NCBI RefSeq assembly: GCF_016433145.1
Contig: NC_058133.1
Coordinates: 458,484,590 to 458,548,589 of the forward strand
Origin: Gracilinanus agilis
Lineage: Eukaryota
Direction of reading: 5' to 3'
Length of the DNA stretch: 64,000 nt
The notes beneath the pieces were generated by a model. It was not told where the DNA came from and searched no databases. It was given only the letters and a program-made list of their open reading frames with translations. The position numbers were made by a program, and so were the translations under genes. Positions 1 through 12,800 of the stretch are shown one piece after another. The stretch's first letter is position 1; every line of letters starts with the position of its first letter.

Positions 1-264
1 GGGCAAGTCACTTAACCCCCATTGCCTAGTCCTTACCAATCTTCTACCTTGGAAACAATACACAACATTGATTCCAAAAGGAAGATAAGGGCTTTAAAAA
101 AAAAAGAAAACAATTATCTTGAATCATTGTCATTAATGATCTTTCTTATGTATATGATTTTTACATTTCTTTATATGAATTATGATTTACAGTTATGTAT
201 ATTTATTATCATATTGTTTGTCTTCTCAATGGATGGGGGAGGGATTAGGAGGGAGAAATTAATC

Positions 265-565
265 ATCTGTTACAATATTGCTATTACTGTGAACCCCTGG
301 TTCTGTTCCCCTCACTCTGCATCAGTTCATAGCAGTCTTTCCAGGTTTTTCTGATATCCTGCTCATCATTTCTTATAGCACAATAGTGTCCCATCACAAT
401 CATATACTACAACTTGTCCAGCCATTTCCCAACTAATGGGCATCCTCTTAATTTCCATTTCTTTGCCACCACACAAAAAAAGTTGCTATGAATATTTTTG
501 TACAAATAATTCCTTTTCCATTTCCTCTGACCTTTTTGGGAGACAGACCTAGTGGTGGCACTGCT
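265..565 (-). mobile_element. L1 ORF2 3'-end fragment
   Basis: Reverse complement matches the L1 ORF2 C-terminal region also seen at 9200-9530. Confidence 0.7.
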
Positions 566-1255
566 GAATCTTAAGGATTTGCCCAGTTGAGATGATGGTT
601 CAAGTTGTCCAGATGGTTTTCTTTTCTCTGGAATCTTTTAAGACAGACTGAAATCTGATTTGGTTAAAAGATCTCTAACTTATCCACCTCACACTCCTAG
701 CTTGCTGGCACTAAGACTTAGCTCCCAAGACAATTCTAGAGCCTGAGAGAAAGGAAATAGTTCTCATATCTCTAGACCCCAGTTGGAAATTAGATGTTGG
801 AGTTAGTCAGAATTTTGTTGATCAAAACTTAATTGAGACAGACACAACGAAACTAGCTCAGCTAATTTTTCTGTCCCAGAGTGAAGGGCAATAGTATCAG
901 CAGCACACCCACAGTGCCAAGGAAAGCACTTCTGTTTGGGGGGAAAATTGATTGAATCGCCTAAGCGATCGCAGTGTCGCCTGCTCTCTCCCCACTGCTC
1001 TAGTCTGGGGAAATACTCTGGAAGTCCTAGCTATTAACCTTTCATTGCAAGGTCTTTATTTACATATTGTATTACAAGCTAGCTGTGTCCCTGGGAGTTT
1101 TGGATTCAGCTTGGATGGAGCTGGTCTAGTCCTGCCAAATATGATTAAAGGCTTAGGTAAGTTTAAAAAAAAAATAGATCCTATTGATCTCGGTAAGAAA
1201 CTGAGCAGAGGCCCATTCGAGCATATGGTCGGGGAGAGCCCTACCTTGTCGGCAG

Positions 1256-1283
1256 GTGTGTGTGTGTGTGTGTGTGTGTGTGT
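1256..1283. repeat. (GT)n microsatellite
   Basis: About 14 GT units. Confidence 0.95.
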
Positions 1284-2696
1284 CCTGGATGTGAACCTTC
1301 ACCTGGGAGGGGGCCAAAAGTATCAAACAGCAGCATTTGGCTTCTTGGGAACAAAACTGGCTCAAGCCCGGGATATCTTTGAACCAACCTGAAAAATCAG
1401 ATGGTCTGATGAGCCCCAACGCTTTGTGGATGTCTATAAATGTCACTTCTCAGCTTTCCCCCTAAAGGGATTAGCTTTAGGGAATAGTTTGTAGAGAAGG
1501 AGAACAGAATAAAAGGCAGATGTTGTTCCATATGGATAAGGAGAATCTGATAGGAGAGGAGGGAGAGGGTAGAACAGGAGATAAACATAAGCCGACTGGG
1601 AGCCAAGAAAGATAGGAATATGGAAATCTATTTTTTTCCCATCTTTTTGACAATATCAGAAATGACACTGGGGGCTTCCTTTCGCTTTGGTCCTGTTGGC
1701 CGATGGCAGAGGGGACTGCCTAGAAGCCCTCTTTGGCTCCTTACTCAGTCTTGCGACTTCCTTATTAACTCTTTACTTCTAAACTTGGTCAAAAAAAACC
1801 CAAAAAACAAAAACAGAAACCCCTCATCCTCTGGGAAAGCCAGCTATAGCAACCCCACCATTTTCAAAGCACTCGCTCCACCATTCATTGTCTCAGCATG
1901 GTAGTAGCTATAATATGTTCCTACTGTGCTGAGCTCGAACTTGCTCTCCAGGTAATTTTCTCTTTTTTCCTCTCCCTCCTTTATTAGACTGTGATCTTCC
2001 CAAGCACTCAAACTGTGTCTAAAGGCTTTGGACACAGTGGGATCACGTTAAATGTTATTGACTGCTGGGAGGGCTGGATGAACAACAAAAGGCCCAGAAG
2101 GCAACTAGATGTCTGTATTGTGTTGGAAAGACCTTCCAAATAAGAAAATATAGTTCCCGTTTTTTTAGTGATCACACAAACAGTGTCTTGTTCATCTTCA
2201 CTTTTGGGGGCTATTGATATTTTTTTTTCTGGACTAAAAATGTCAAGCCCAGAAAAGTCCTTAGAAACTTACCAGGGTCTTCTATTCCTCATATAAGAAG
2301 AATCCNNNNNNNNNNNNNNNNNNNNNNNNNNNNNNNNNNNNNNNNNNNNNNNNNNNNNNNNNNNNNNNNNNNNNNNNNNNNNNNNNNNNNNNNNNNNNNN
2401 NNNNNNNNNNNNNNNNNNNNNNNNNNNNNNNNNNNNNNNAATTGCCTGCTCAGTGTGATTTAAATGGTGACACAAAGACAGCTACAAGATGTCCTAGTGC
2501 AGTCTTAGAGGAGTTTTAAGCTTTAAGGCTTCTGGGACAAAGTTTGGCTTGCCAATAGTGCCTGAAATTCCACAGAGAATAGTTTTTTTTTTTAAGTTTT
2601 TATCTTTAGAAGCCTTCTTTTAAAGTGTAAATGCTGGGAGACGGGTAACATTAAACCAGTTATCCATCCTTTAATACCTTATGGGAATTAGCTTAG

Positions 2697-2937
2697 AGAT
2701 AGGTAGTATAGTGGATAGAGCAGTGGGCCTAAAATCAGGAAGAGTCATATTCCTGAGTTCAAAACTGGCTTCAGACACTTAAGTAGCTATATAATCCCAG
2801 GTAAGTCCTTTAACCCTTTTTGCCTTAGTTTCCTCATCTCTCAAGTAAGTCAGAGAAGGAAATGGCAAACCACACCAGTATCTCTACCAAGAAAACTCCA
2901 AATGGGGTCATGAAGAGATGGACACAGCTGAACAACA
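2697..2937 (+). mobile_element. MAR1-like CORE-SINE with RTE-type tail. Similar copies near 12440(-), 21730, 27950(-), 38020, 39690, 42955 and 55640.
   Basis: tRNA-like head, core, and tail gagaaggaaatggcaaaccac...ccaagaaaactccaaatggggtca. Confidence 0.75.
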
Positions 2938-5900
2938 GCGGAGAATTCGCTAATTCCCTTTTTTTCAATGAGACAGCCAGCTGTGAAGGAAATGGCCCAC
3001 TGAATACATTTCCATGGGGAGAACTCTAGAGCCCAAGTCATTTACTAAGCATGGCAGCTTGGGTGAGGCATGGAAGTAGGGGGCTCTGGGCATTTCCATT
3101 CTGCTTTATGTAAGTTATCTCAGTTGATGTTTATAGTGGGCTCTACAGAGAGTATTTTAGAGTAAGAAACCAAGTTTTATAAAGGTTTAGTGTTTACAAT
3201 AATTATATATCTAGTAAGTGTTGTCAGAGACATGATTCAAACCCTGCTCTTTCAGACTCCAAGTGAAACATTCTTTCTATCTAATAAAATGGCCAAGTCT
3301 TAAGTGTCAAATGGACCAAGCTGGAGCTCTAAGTAGAAGGACATATTTCCTTCACTCCTTTCCTAGCTCTGCTTCTGACTGTTCTAAACAGTTCCACCAT
3401 ATCTCAGTTGCCTTCTACCCCAGTGGATCTTTCTGCCTTTGAAGCCCCATCTCCCATTGGTAAGTTCCTCCTAGAACTTCCATTTTGAGGAGATGCCCAG
3501 ACTAGCCATCTTCTCCCAGGTCTGCTTCTGACTCTAGATTTGGGCAACATGGCCCCAGCAGGTTATCTTCTCTCCATTCTGCACCCCCCTACTTTATTTC
3601 CCTTTTTTAAAAAACTCTTATCTTCTATCTTAGAATCACTCCTGTGCATTGATTCCAAGGGAGAAGAGTGGTAAGGACTAGGCAATAAGGATTAAGTGAC
3701 TTGCCCAGGTTCACATAGCTAGGAAGTATCTGAGGGCAGATTTGAACCCAGGCCTTCCCATCTCTAGGCCTGGCTCTCAATCTACTGGGCTACCCAGCTG
3801 CCCCCTCACTCCTTTTTTATGTGTTGCTTTCCCAAATAGAATGTAAGCTCCCCGAGGACAGGGACTGTCATTTTTGTTTGAATTTGTATTCCCAGCAATT
3901 ACCATAGTGCCTGGACTTTTTGTAATCGATTAATATATGTGTGTTCTCTTGACTTGTTGACACAAAAAACAAAAGAGCAAGAATCTGGCTTGCAGATCCA
4001 TTTGGGCGGGAATGAGGCTTATATAAGGATCACATTCTTAGAACGATTTTTCAGATTTCAGAACATCTCACCCAGATCTCCTCGCAAACATAGTGAGCTG
4101 TCTCACCTTGAGGGGAATTAATTCCATTCTCTCTCATTCCATCCTTTCTCAATAACTGGCTCTGGGATTTGAGGAGGGGTCTAGAAGTCACATGGTCTTT
4201 GGGTGGGATTTGAGAGAGTAGGTTGGGAGTCAGGGGATCCCAGGTTCAATGAAGACAGTTTCCTTTGTGATCTTCATCACTTGTAGTATCTCTGGGCTCA
4301 GTTTACTCATCTACAAAAATGAGGGGGTTGGGCTAAATAATCTCTAAATTCCCTCTTCATGTTTATATCCTGCAAATTTAATTAGTGAAGATCAGTTTTA
4401 GTATCTGTTTGCTTTTTGTTGTTGTTGTTTTTGCCAAGAAAAAGAAGGATTTACAACTTTATAATAAACCAGTGATTAAATATTTATGGTAAGCCTGTGT
4501 GCGAAGACCAAAGTTAGATTTCAAAGACATTTCTGTAGCCTCATCAACAATTTCAACATTTTCTCGCTGAGTATTTTGGCCCTAATACATAGTCCCCAAG
4601 AAAAGCTAACTCTTATAACTTCCCTGGAGGGTTCTGATCTGCCTGAGGTTGGGTAAGGGTGCCAAAGGGAGGGGAGGGGCAGCAGGACTGCAAACTGCTG
4701 AAACATTCCGGTGCCTCCGTCTGGCACGTATCTGAATCCGGGTTTGCTTAAAAACGAGTTTATTACCTCAGGCTCAGATCTTGCCAAGGCAAACACTGAA
4801 GGCCTGGGTCAAGCCGATCCCCTACTTGTTGTGAGAATTGGAATTTGTACAAGAGTGACACGGTCACGGGGGCAGAGAACTTCAGAATGGGTCAAGATTC
4901 CAAGAGCCAAAGAGCCCCACTCCGACCCGAAAGAAATCCCTTCTACAGCATTCCCAACAAAATGGTCATCCAGTCCCAATCCATCATCAAGCCTTTACTC
5001 AGTTTTTATTAGGGTGTGCTGAGATTGGGATCACAAAGACAAAGGCAAAACATAACTTGGCTTACGTTCTAATGGGCAGGACAGGCTTGTGTGTAAATGG
5101 GATATAGAGTGGGTGCAACTCAATTTAGAGGGGAAGGCATGAGCAGTGAGGGGGGCCCCAATAGGAGACACCATAGTAGGTGGCACTGGAGCGGAATCTT
5201 GGAGGAAACCAAGGATTCCAAGTGAAGAAGGAAGGGTATTCCAGCCCAGGGAGTGGAATGGCCAATGCAAAGGCACTTAGATGGTTGATGAAGTATTGTG
5301 GGTGAGGACTATACCTAGGGATTTCAGCTAATCCTCATTTGGCATTAGATTCATCTTCCTTTGAACGTACTTCAGTATACTCCTTCCTGAAAAGTGGTGG
5401 TTGGAACTGAACATAGTATCTGAGATGTAGACTGACCAGGACAGCAGACAACAGTGCGAGAATTTATTTTTCATCTACTGTATTTTTCATATAATGTATA
5501 TTTCATATATCTTCTATCAGGACTCTGGTGTAGAAAGGTCCCAGTTCCTATATGTTAGGGAGAATTGTTGTGTTTTCCTGTGGCTGCGGTCTGGGTCAGA
5601 GATTCTCTCTAGTATGCCACTGTTTACATTTTCTTTGTTTTTGGAGAACAACCCCACCCCAATCTTTCACACAATTCTGGCTAATGTTTTACAATGATTG
5701 TTTCCCCTGCGAATGTGTAGACTTTTACCTGTCCACCTGTTGGTGTGGAGAAGGTCCTGAGGGCTTGATGGATCCCCTCCTAATTAAGTATGAACAATTT
5801 AAACCGATGGTAATTACTGGGTACCAGTTCACAGTGCTGCTTTGTTGGTTTCCAAACCATTAACTGGGGCCCAAAAGATAGTTTGGGTTAGGTGGTTTGT

Positions 5901-6038
5901 TTTAGGGTCTGAATGTCAGGAAGACCTTATTTTGCCTGCTAAATTGGTCCCCTGGGAACCAAGTATAGATTTACCTGGAAAAAGAAAGGGACGGCTAGCT
6001 ACCTAGGCAGGAAGATATAATAACGATTCATTGTTGGG

Positions 6039-6609
6039 CTCTTTGGCTCATCCACAACGAGATGAAGAGCCTTCTTGGGACCCAAACTCTTGATATACTA
6101 GAAAATGTTGACATCTCTCTGAAGGGAGAGACAGTTATATTGAAGATCCCTGGAGAAACCCTGTGAAGAGATTACGGCTCCATCAGTGTTGAGCTTAGTT
6201 TCCTTGGAAAGATGAGTAAAAAGCCATGGGTTGACAGGTGGTGGGAGCATTTAAAGAAACTCGTGACAATTTGCACTATCTGTAGACAGGTGCAAAATAT
6301 GATCAAAGGCCCTATACCATGGGTTTTCTGTACAAGATGAAGTCTGTGTACATTTGATTCCCTGTCAATTTAGTTTTTTAAGGGAATGACTCACTCATTG
6401 AAAATCAGAAACTTCTTGGGTGAAAATATATCTAAAGAATATACATGAAGGGGGCAGCTAGGTAGTGCTAGATCTGGAGTCAGGAAGACCTGAATTCAAT
6501 TCCAGCCTCAGACACTTATTGACTGTGTGACCCTAGGCAAGTCACTTAATTCTGCCTAAAAGTATACATGAGTTCACATGTTAGTTTGTGCCACTTTTAA
6601 GATGAGCTT
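6039..6609 (+). pseudogene. RPL9: Processed pseudogene of ribosomal protein L9 (about codons 1-144 of 192), split by a SINE, 3' end missing
   Basis: ATG at 6062 reads [82 protein letters not shown], against RPL9 [83 protein letters not shown]. After frameshifts it continues GFLYKMKSVY, FPVN, IRNFLGE. Intronless, with a stop at 6164 and a ctcttt TOP-like 5' UTR. Confidence 0.93.
6451..6556 (+). mobile_element. MIR/MAR-type CORE-SINE inserted in the RPL9 pseudogene
   Basis: ggggcagctaggt...caagtcacttaat; degenerate TSD taaagaatatacatga (6433) / taaaagtatacatga (6557). Confidence 0.8.
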
Positions 6610-6762
6610 TTTTTTTTAATCCTTACTTCCATCTTGGACTCAATATTATATGTTGATGTTGCTAAGGCAGAAGAGCAATAAGGGCTAGGCAGTGGGGGTT
6701 AAGTGACTTGCCCAGGATCACACAGCTAGGAAGAATCTTTTTTCTTTGTACTTAAATTATTT

Positions 6763-7910
6763 AGGTGGTCTCCACTTCCAAAACTTAACTCTGCTCTCTT
6801 TACTGTTTTAATTTCCCTATTACTGTCCAGGGTGCAATCATCCTTTGGGTATATCCTCTCTGTGCTCACAACCTAGGTATCATCTTTGACTCTTAACTCA
6901 CTCTACTGGCACACTAGAAAGAATTCCAAATCTGAAGTTAGGAAGATCAGAGTTCAAATCCTGCTACATATCATTAATATAGCTTTGCAAACTATTAAGA
7001 CCCTGGGCAAGTCACTTAGCCTCTGCCTCAGTTTGCTCAACTGTTGAATGGAGATACTAATCGCACCTACCTCCCAGGATTGATGTGAGGGTCAAATGAG
7101 ATAATATTTGAAAAGCATTTAGCATATAATGCCTGGTACATAGTAGGAACTGTATAAATGCTTATTCCCTTCTAATCCTCCTTTTCTCTTCCCTCTCTTA
7201 TATCCAGTCAATTAGGTCAAATCCTGTTAGTTCTAGCTTTCTAACACTTTTCTTATATAATCTCTACTTTCTTCTGATGCTAAAACCACTCTTGGGTACT
7301 TACCAACCCCTACCTAGACTATCACTAGTAGCCTTCTACTGGGTCTTCTGCCACAAGTCTCTCCCTACTCCAGTCTACCCCTCTACTCAGCTGCTGATTG
7401 TCCTAAAGAGCAAGTCTGACCACATTACCTTCTCTCCCCTATTTAATAAACTCCAGTGGTTCCCGACTAATTCCAGAATCCAACATAAAAACCCCTCTTT
7501 GGATTTTAAAGCTTTTGATAACCTGACCCCTTCCTACCTTTCCAGTCTTAATACTTTTCTCTCTCCTACATACTCTCTGAGAAAGTGACAACTGGTTTCC
7601 TTTCGCCCCCCCTCACATTACATACTCTTTTTCCCAGCTGTAGACATTCTTACTGACTATCCCTAAAGCCTGGAGCTCTCTCCCACCTCATTTTCACCAC
7701 TTAGTTTTCCTGAATTCTTTCAACTTGAGTCTCAGAGAAAGTCTACCTTCTACAAGAAGAATTACAAGTCAGTCGTCCTTAATCTTACTGTCATTGATCT
7801 GAAGTGACTTCCTGTTTATCCTAGATATATCTTCTTTGTACTTAAATTATTTGCAAGTTTTCTCTTCCATTAGCCCATGAACTCTGTGAGAGCAGGGAAT
7901 GGTTTTGATT
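6763..7910 (+). mobile_element. L2 3' fragment with a nested MIR (about 6930-7170)
   Basis: L2-like pyrimidine-rich 3' sequence ending in the gagagcaggga tail; explains ORF 7277..7588. Confidence 0.65.
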
Positions 7911-8636
7911 TTTTCTTTCCTTTCTTTATCTCTTCTGCTCCACCTTAGAAACGAAACAGAAATAGTTATAGCCTTGATCTTGCCATCACCCACAGGTATA
8001 CCACTTTTGAGCTCATGAATTCTGAAATTCCTCTCACTGATCAAAATCTGTTTTATATCCCCAAACTCTGTTTTTTATTCTCACCATAATTTCCAATCCC
8101 TCAACTCCTCAGTTCTTTCCTAATCCATTTCTCTTGTCCTGACTATACTTCCTTCTTTTCTCCATCTTGATCCTTGGTGAAGCAGTTTAGTCAGATACTG
8201 TTATCATGTCTTGAATCCCAGACTCCTTTTTTTCTATTGAAAATTTTATTCTGCCATGCTTCAGAAGCCTTGAATTATCTCTAGCACCCACTGTCTTTGT
8301 TCCTACTTATATACTTCTGAAATAAGCAGGAAAAAAACACAAAACCAAGCTTCCTGGGTCCACTACAAATTTCTCTTGCATCATGTCAACTGAGCCATCA
8401 CTGTGGCAGAACGGTCATCTTACACCTTCCTAATTGATTCAGCATCCCACTCACTACAACTCCTTTTCTAAATCTCCAATATCCTTTTCCTCCTTCCTCA
8501 GATCTCCCATGGCTTCCCCTTCCTCCTTCTTGCTTTGTATTTTTAATGAAAAAATAGAGGCCATTTCCACAATCATACAGTTGACTGAAAAATGTAAAGA
8601 GAATACAAGGTTTCATTTTTTAATAAAGTATTTGAT

Positions 8637-8820
8637 GGGGCAGCTGGGTAGCTCAGTGGATTGAGAGTCAGGCCTAGAGACAGGAGGTCCTAGGTTCAAA
8701 TCCGGCCTCAGACACTTCCCAGCTGTGTGACCCTGGGCAAGTCACTTGACCCCCATTGCCCACCCTTACCACTCTTCCACCTATGAGACAATACACCGAA
8801 GTTAAAGGTTTAAAAAAAAA
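8637..8820 (+). mobile_element. Young full-length SINE1_Mdo-like element. Other young copies at about 23895(-), 37605(-), 41140, 44450(-), 53219 and 53810(-).
   Basis: Near-identical copies recur in the window; A-tail; TSD aagtatttga at 8626 and 8831. Confidence 0.88.
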
Positions 8821-8879
8821 TAAATAAATGAAGTATTTGACTTAGTAGAGCCAGAAGCAACCTTAGAAGTTCTCCTCCA

Positions 8880-9880
8880 GATCTAAATCAATTGTACAAA
8901 AAATCAAGCCATCCCCCAATCAATAAATGGGCAAGGGACATGAATAGGCAATTTTCAGATAAAGAAATTAAAACTATCAATAAGCACGTGAGAAAGTGTT
9001 CCAAATCTCTAATAATCAGAGAAATGCAAATCAAAACAACTCTGAGGTATCACCTCACACCTAGCAGATTGGCGAAAATGACAACAGGGTAGAGTAATGA
9101 ATGTTGGAGGGGATGTGGAAAAATTGAGACATTAATGCATTACTGGTGGAGTTGTGAACTGATCCAACCATTCTGGATGGCAATTTGGAACTATGCTCAA
9201 AGGGCTTTAAAAGACTATCTGCCTTTTGATCCAGCCATAGTGCTGCTTAGATTATACCCCAAAGAGATAATAAAGAAAAAGGCTTGTACAAAAATATTTA
9301 TAGCTGCATTCTTTGTGATGGCAAAAAATTGGAAAATGAGAGAATGTCTTTTGATTGGGGAATGGCTGAACAAATTGTGGCATCTGCTGGTGATGGAATA
9401 CTATTGTGCTCAAAGGAATAAAGAACTGGAGGAATTCCATGTGAACTGGAAAGACCTTCAGGAATTGATGCAGAGTGAAAGGAGCAGATCCAGGAGAGCA
9501 TTGTACACAGAGACTGATACACTGTGGTATAACTGAACATAATGGACTTCTCTACTAGCAACAATGCAAGGATCCAGAGCAAGGCTGAGGGACTTATGAG
9601 AAAGAAAACTAGCCACATTCAGAGGAAGAACTGTGGGAGGAGAATCACAGAAGAAAAACAACTGCTTGAACACATGGGCTGATGGGGATATTATTGGGGA
9701 TGTGACACTAAACGATAACTCCAGGCCAACTATCAATAATACGGAATTAGGTCTTGATAGATACATGTAAAACCCAGTGGAATTGTACATCAGCTAAGGG
9801 GGGTTAGGGGACATTGGGGGAGAGGGAAAGAACATGAAATATGTAACTATGGGAAAAGAGTAAAAATTAAAATTAAAAAA
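8880..9880 (+). mobile_element. 5'-truncated L1 (ORF2 C-terminus, 3' UTR, A-tail), sense to the host gene
   Basis: ORFs 8892 and 9135 give IREMQIKTTLRYHLTP and PFDPAIVLL...YPKE. TSD aagttctc(c/t)tcca at 8867 and 9881. Confidence 0.93.
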
Positions 9881-12800
9881 AAGTTCTCTTCCAATGAGGT
9901 GCTACCATACTTGTGATGATACAAGATTCCTTGATAAATGCAAACCACAGCAATAATTTTGTTCAAAAACCCTTAATTATGGGCATCAGTTGAGTCATAA
10001 AATAGGAATTGTGCTTTCCAAATGTGTTTGGCACTCTCATGGCAGAGTCTACATAAAAGAGAACTTCTTTATAGATGGCACAATACTCCAGAGGTTCTTG
10101 TTAGTACATGACATAGTTACCAATTGCATCAACCCCTAATATTATAGGGTCTTTCCAATGAGATCCACAGAAATTGGCCCAACAGTTTGCTTAGGAAAAA
10201 TCGAATGAATAAAGAATACTTTTTTCCAATTAATCTCAACTCAATTCAATTAAACAAATAATGTATCGAGCTCCCATATTGGGGGTGCAGAGATAAAAAT
10301 GAACTCTGCCTCCTACTCTTAAGTAGTTTGAAGCCTACTCTTACAGAGTTTAGGGTGATATAATATGAACACATAAAAAATATAAGCTAATGTCAGGAGA
10401 GAGAATACTAATAACTCTGAAAATGAGGGAAGATTTTGTGAAGTAGGTGGCTTTGGGAGTTGAGCCTTGAAGCAGGGTAAAGATTTTGAAAAGTGAAGAT
10501 TCAGAATTATGTCCTTTGACTGGCAGTTGCATGGACAGTATGCATTCCTTGGACAGATATTGTAAATGGTAATGGTTCATGATTGCATTTGGGAAATTTT
10601 GCAAGGTTTTAAATAATCTCTAACTATAAAAACCCATCTTTTGGCCACTAATGTTCTTCTGATGCCGTTAATATGGCTATAAATATCGGAACACCACAAT
10701 CTTCAAAAATCAACATTTTGAGTAACCAAAAGTGTAATGGAGAAACAAATGGTGAATGTCAATTGACTGTTGGCATATTACCAACATTGAATGATGTAAT
10801 ACATTACAGCAATTATGTTTTCAAAGAAATATAGGGTCAGTAAAGGAGATCAGAAAAGGACAGTGAGTGATAACTGATAGACAGCCTGATGTTGCCTTGG
10901 TAGGCACATAATATTAAAAGCTAGAGAACCATTTTCTAGCATATCAAATATATTTTCTATGAAAGATTTATGAGAAGAGATGACTAAGAATCACATTGAT
11001 TAAGAAGGCATGGATGGGTTGTATTCTGCACTGTTACAGGGGGTGCCCACATCAGTTAAGTTCTGAGAAACCTTAAAATATCCAAGAAAGACTAATCATG
11101 CATGAATAGCACTTTGTATAAAGTACGAAAAGTCCTTAAACCTACATCTTTCTGGTTAGGTCCATGCTATCAGAAACATCTAATAACTATGTTTCTGTCT
11201 TCCTTTCTACAACAGAAAAATGTGATAAAAGGAAGAGAAAGCACATATCATTCTTAACTCCAGTTTTAGGTTCGGGGGTGCTGAGTGCACATTGTTTAGA
11301 ATAAGGATTCTACAAGTGAATCTGCAATGGCAACAGCTCAATTATATACCATTTCAAAAGCCCAGATTATTCAACTCTAAGGTCAACCTGTACACCAAGT
11401 TTGTCCTATGACAAGAGTTGTGTGCATACTATGGGTCATTAATCAACTGATTAATTTATCTATTGATTAAACACCTACCCTTCCAGACTTTGTACTAGAT
11501 GCTAGAGATACAAAGAAAAAAAAAATGAAACAGTGCCTGCCCTCAAGGAGCTTACGTTCTATAGGAGAAATAATGTATGCACATATAAGTAGATCCAAAA
11601 TAAATACAGAATAATGGGGATTGGGAAGAGCACTAGTGGCTAGGGAAGTTGGAAAGCCTTGTATTAAAAGATGGTATTTGAGCTCAATTTTGAAGGAAGC
11701 TCCAGGGTCTCTTGGAAGCAGAGGAAAAGAAGATCATTCCAAGTATTAGTGTTAGGTCAAGGAGAAAGATCAACAATGGGAAATGAAATAGCAGGAAGAC
11801 TCATCTGACCAGACTTTAGACAATAAAAATAGAATCAAGAAAATAGAAGCAACTGATTGAACACAGATGTGAGGGAATGGGGAAGCAAGGATGGCTCAGA
11901 GATTATAAAACTAGGGGATCAGAATGATGGTGGTACTCTTGGCAGAAATAGAAAAATTAAGAAAATGAGGATTTGCATGGGGAGACATAAGTTATTTAAA
12001 ATATGTTAAAGAGGTTAGAATATATTTAGGGAGTAGTTAGGTGGCACAGTAGAACAAGGACTGGATCTGGAGTAGAGAAGACCGGAATTCAAATTCGATC
12101 TTAGAAATTTATTACCTGTGTGACCCTAGGCAAATCTTTTAACCCCCATTTGCCTCATTTCCCACATCTGTAAAATGGGTATGGCAATAGTAACTCCCCC
12201 AAAATGAGATAATTATTGTAAAGGACTTGATACAGTACAGGGTAATCACCATATAAATATTGGCTATTATGATATGTTGCATTTGATATGCTTTGGGGAC
12301 ATGCACAAGAAGTATATCTCTTTGTCACCAATACCAATATATAATGATATAGTATATGGACACATGTCTCAGGATGGACTGGAGCCAGTCAGCTTCCATG
12401 TCCATGAGGTTCAGAGCCTAAAAATCTTGTTGTACTCAGTCTTTTTTATTGTTCACTTATTTCAGTTGTATCCAGCTCTTTCTGTCCCCATTTGGGGTTT
12501 TCTTGGCAAAGATACTGAAATGATTTGCCATTTTCTTCTCTGGCTCATTTGACAGATGTAGAAACTGAGGCAAGCAGGGTAAAGTGACTCACTCAGGGTC
12601 ACACAGTTAACAAGTGTCTGAGGCTGGATTTTCATTCAAGAAGATGAGTCTTCCTGGTTCAATGTCCTGCCCTCTATCCACTATGCCAACCTAAGTGCTC
12701 CATACTCAGTTCCTACCAGGGATAAATGGAAATTACTCCCAGGTTTCTGAGACTTAAAATAAGAGAATTCAGTGGCCTGGAAATTTTTCATGTTTTAGTA

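Noticed and set aside
952-1446. 146-aa ORF and small CpG cluster; possible LTR
   Set aside because: No recognisable homology, runs through (GT)n, and I could not define LTR termini or a TSD
1222-1534. CATATG (MIST1-type) E-boxes at 1222 and 1529
   Set aside because: A 6-mer expected several times by chance in 17 kb
8892-9790. Cluster of overlapping ORFs
   Set aside because: A broken L1 ORF2 remnant and its antisense frames
10620-11420. Unassigned AT-rich stretch tested as a transposase or retrocopy remnant
   Set aside because: The frames I translated by hand gave no recognisable motif
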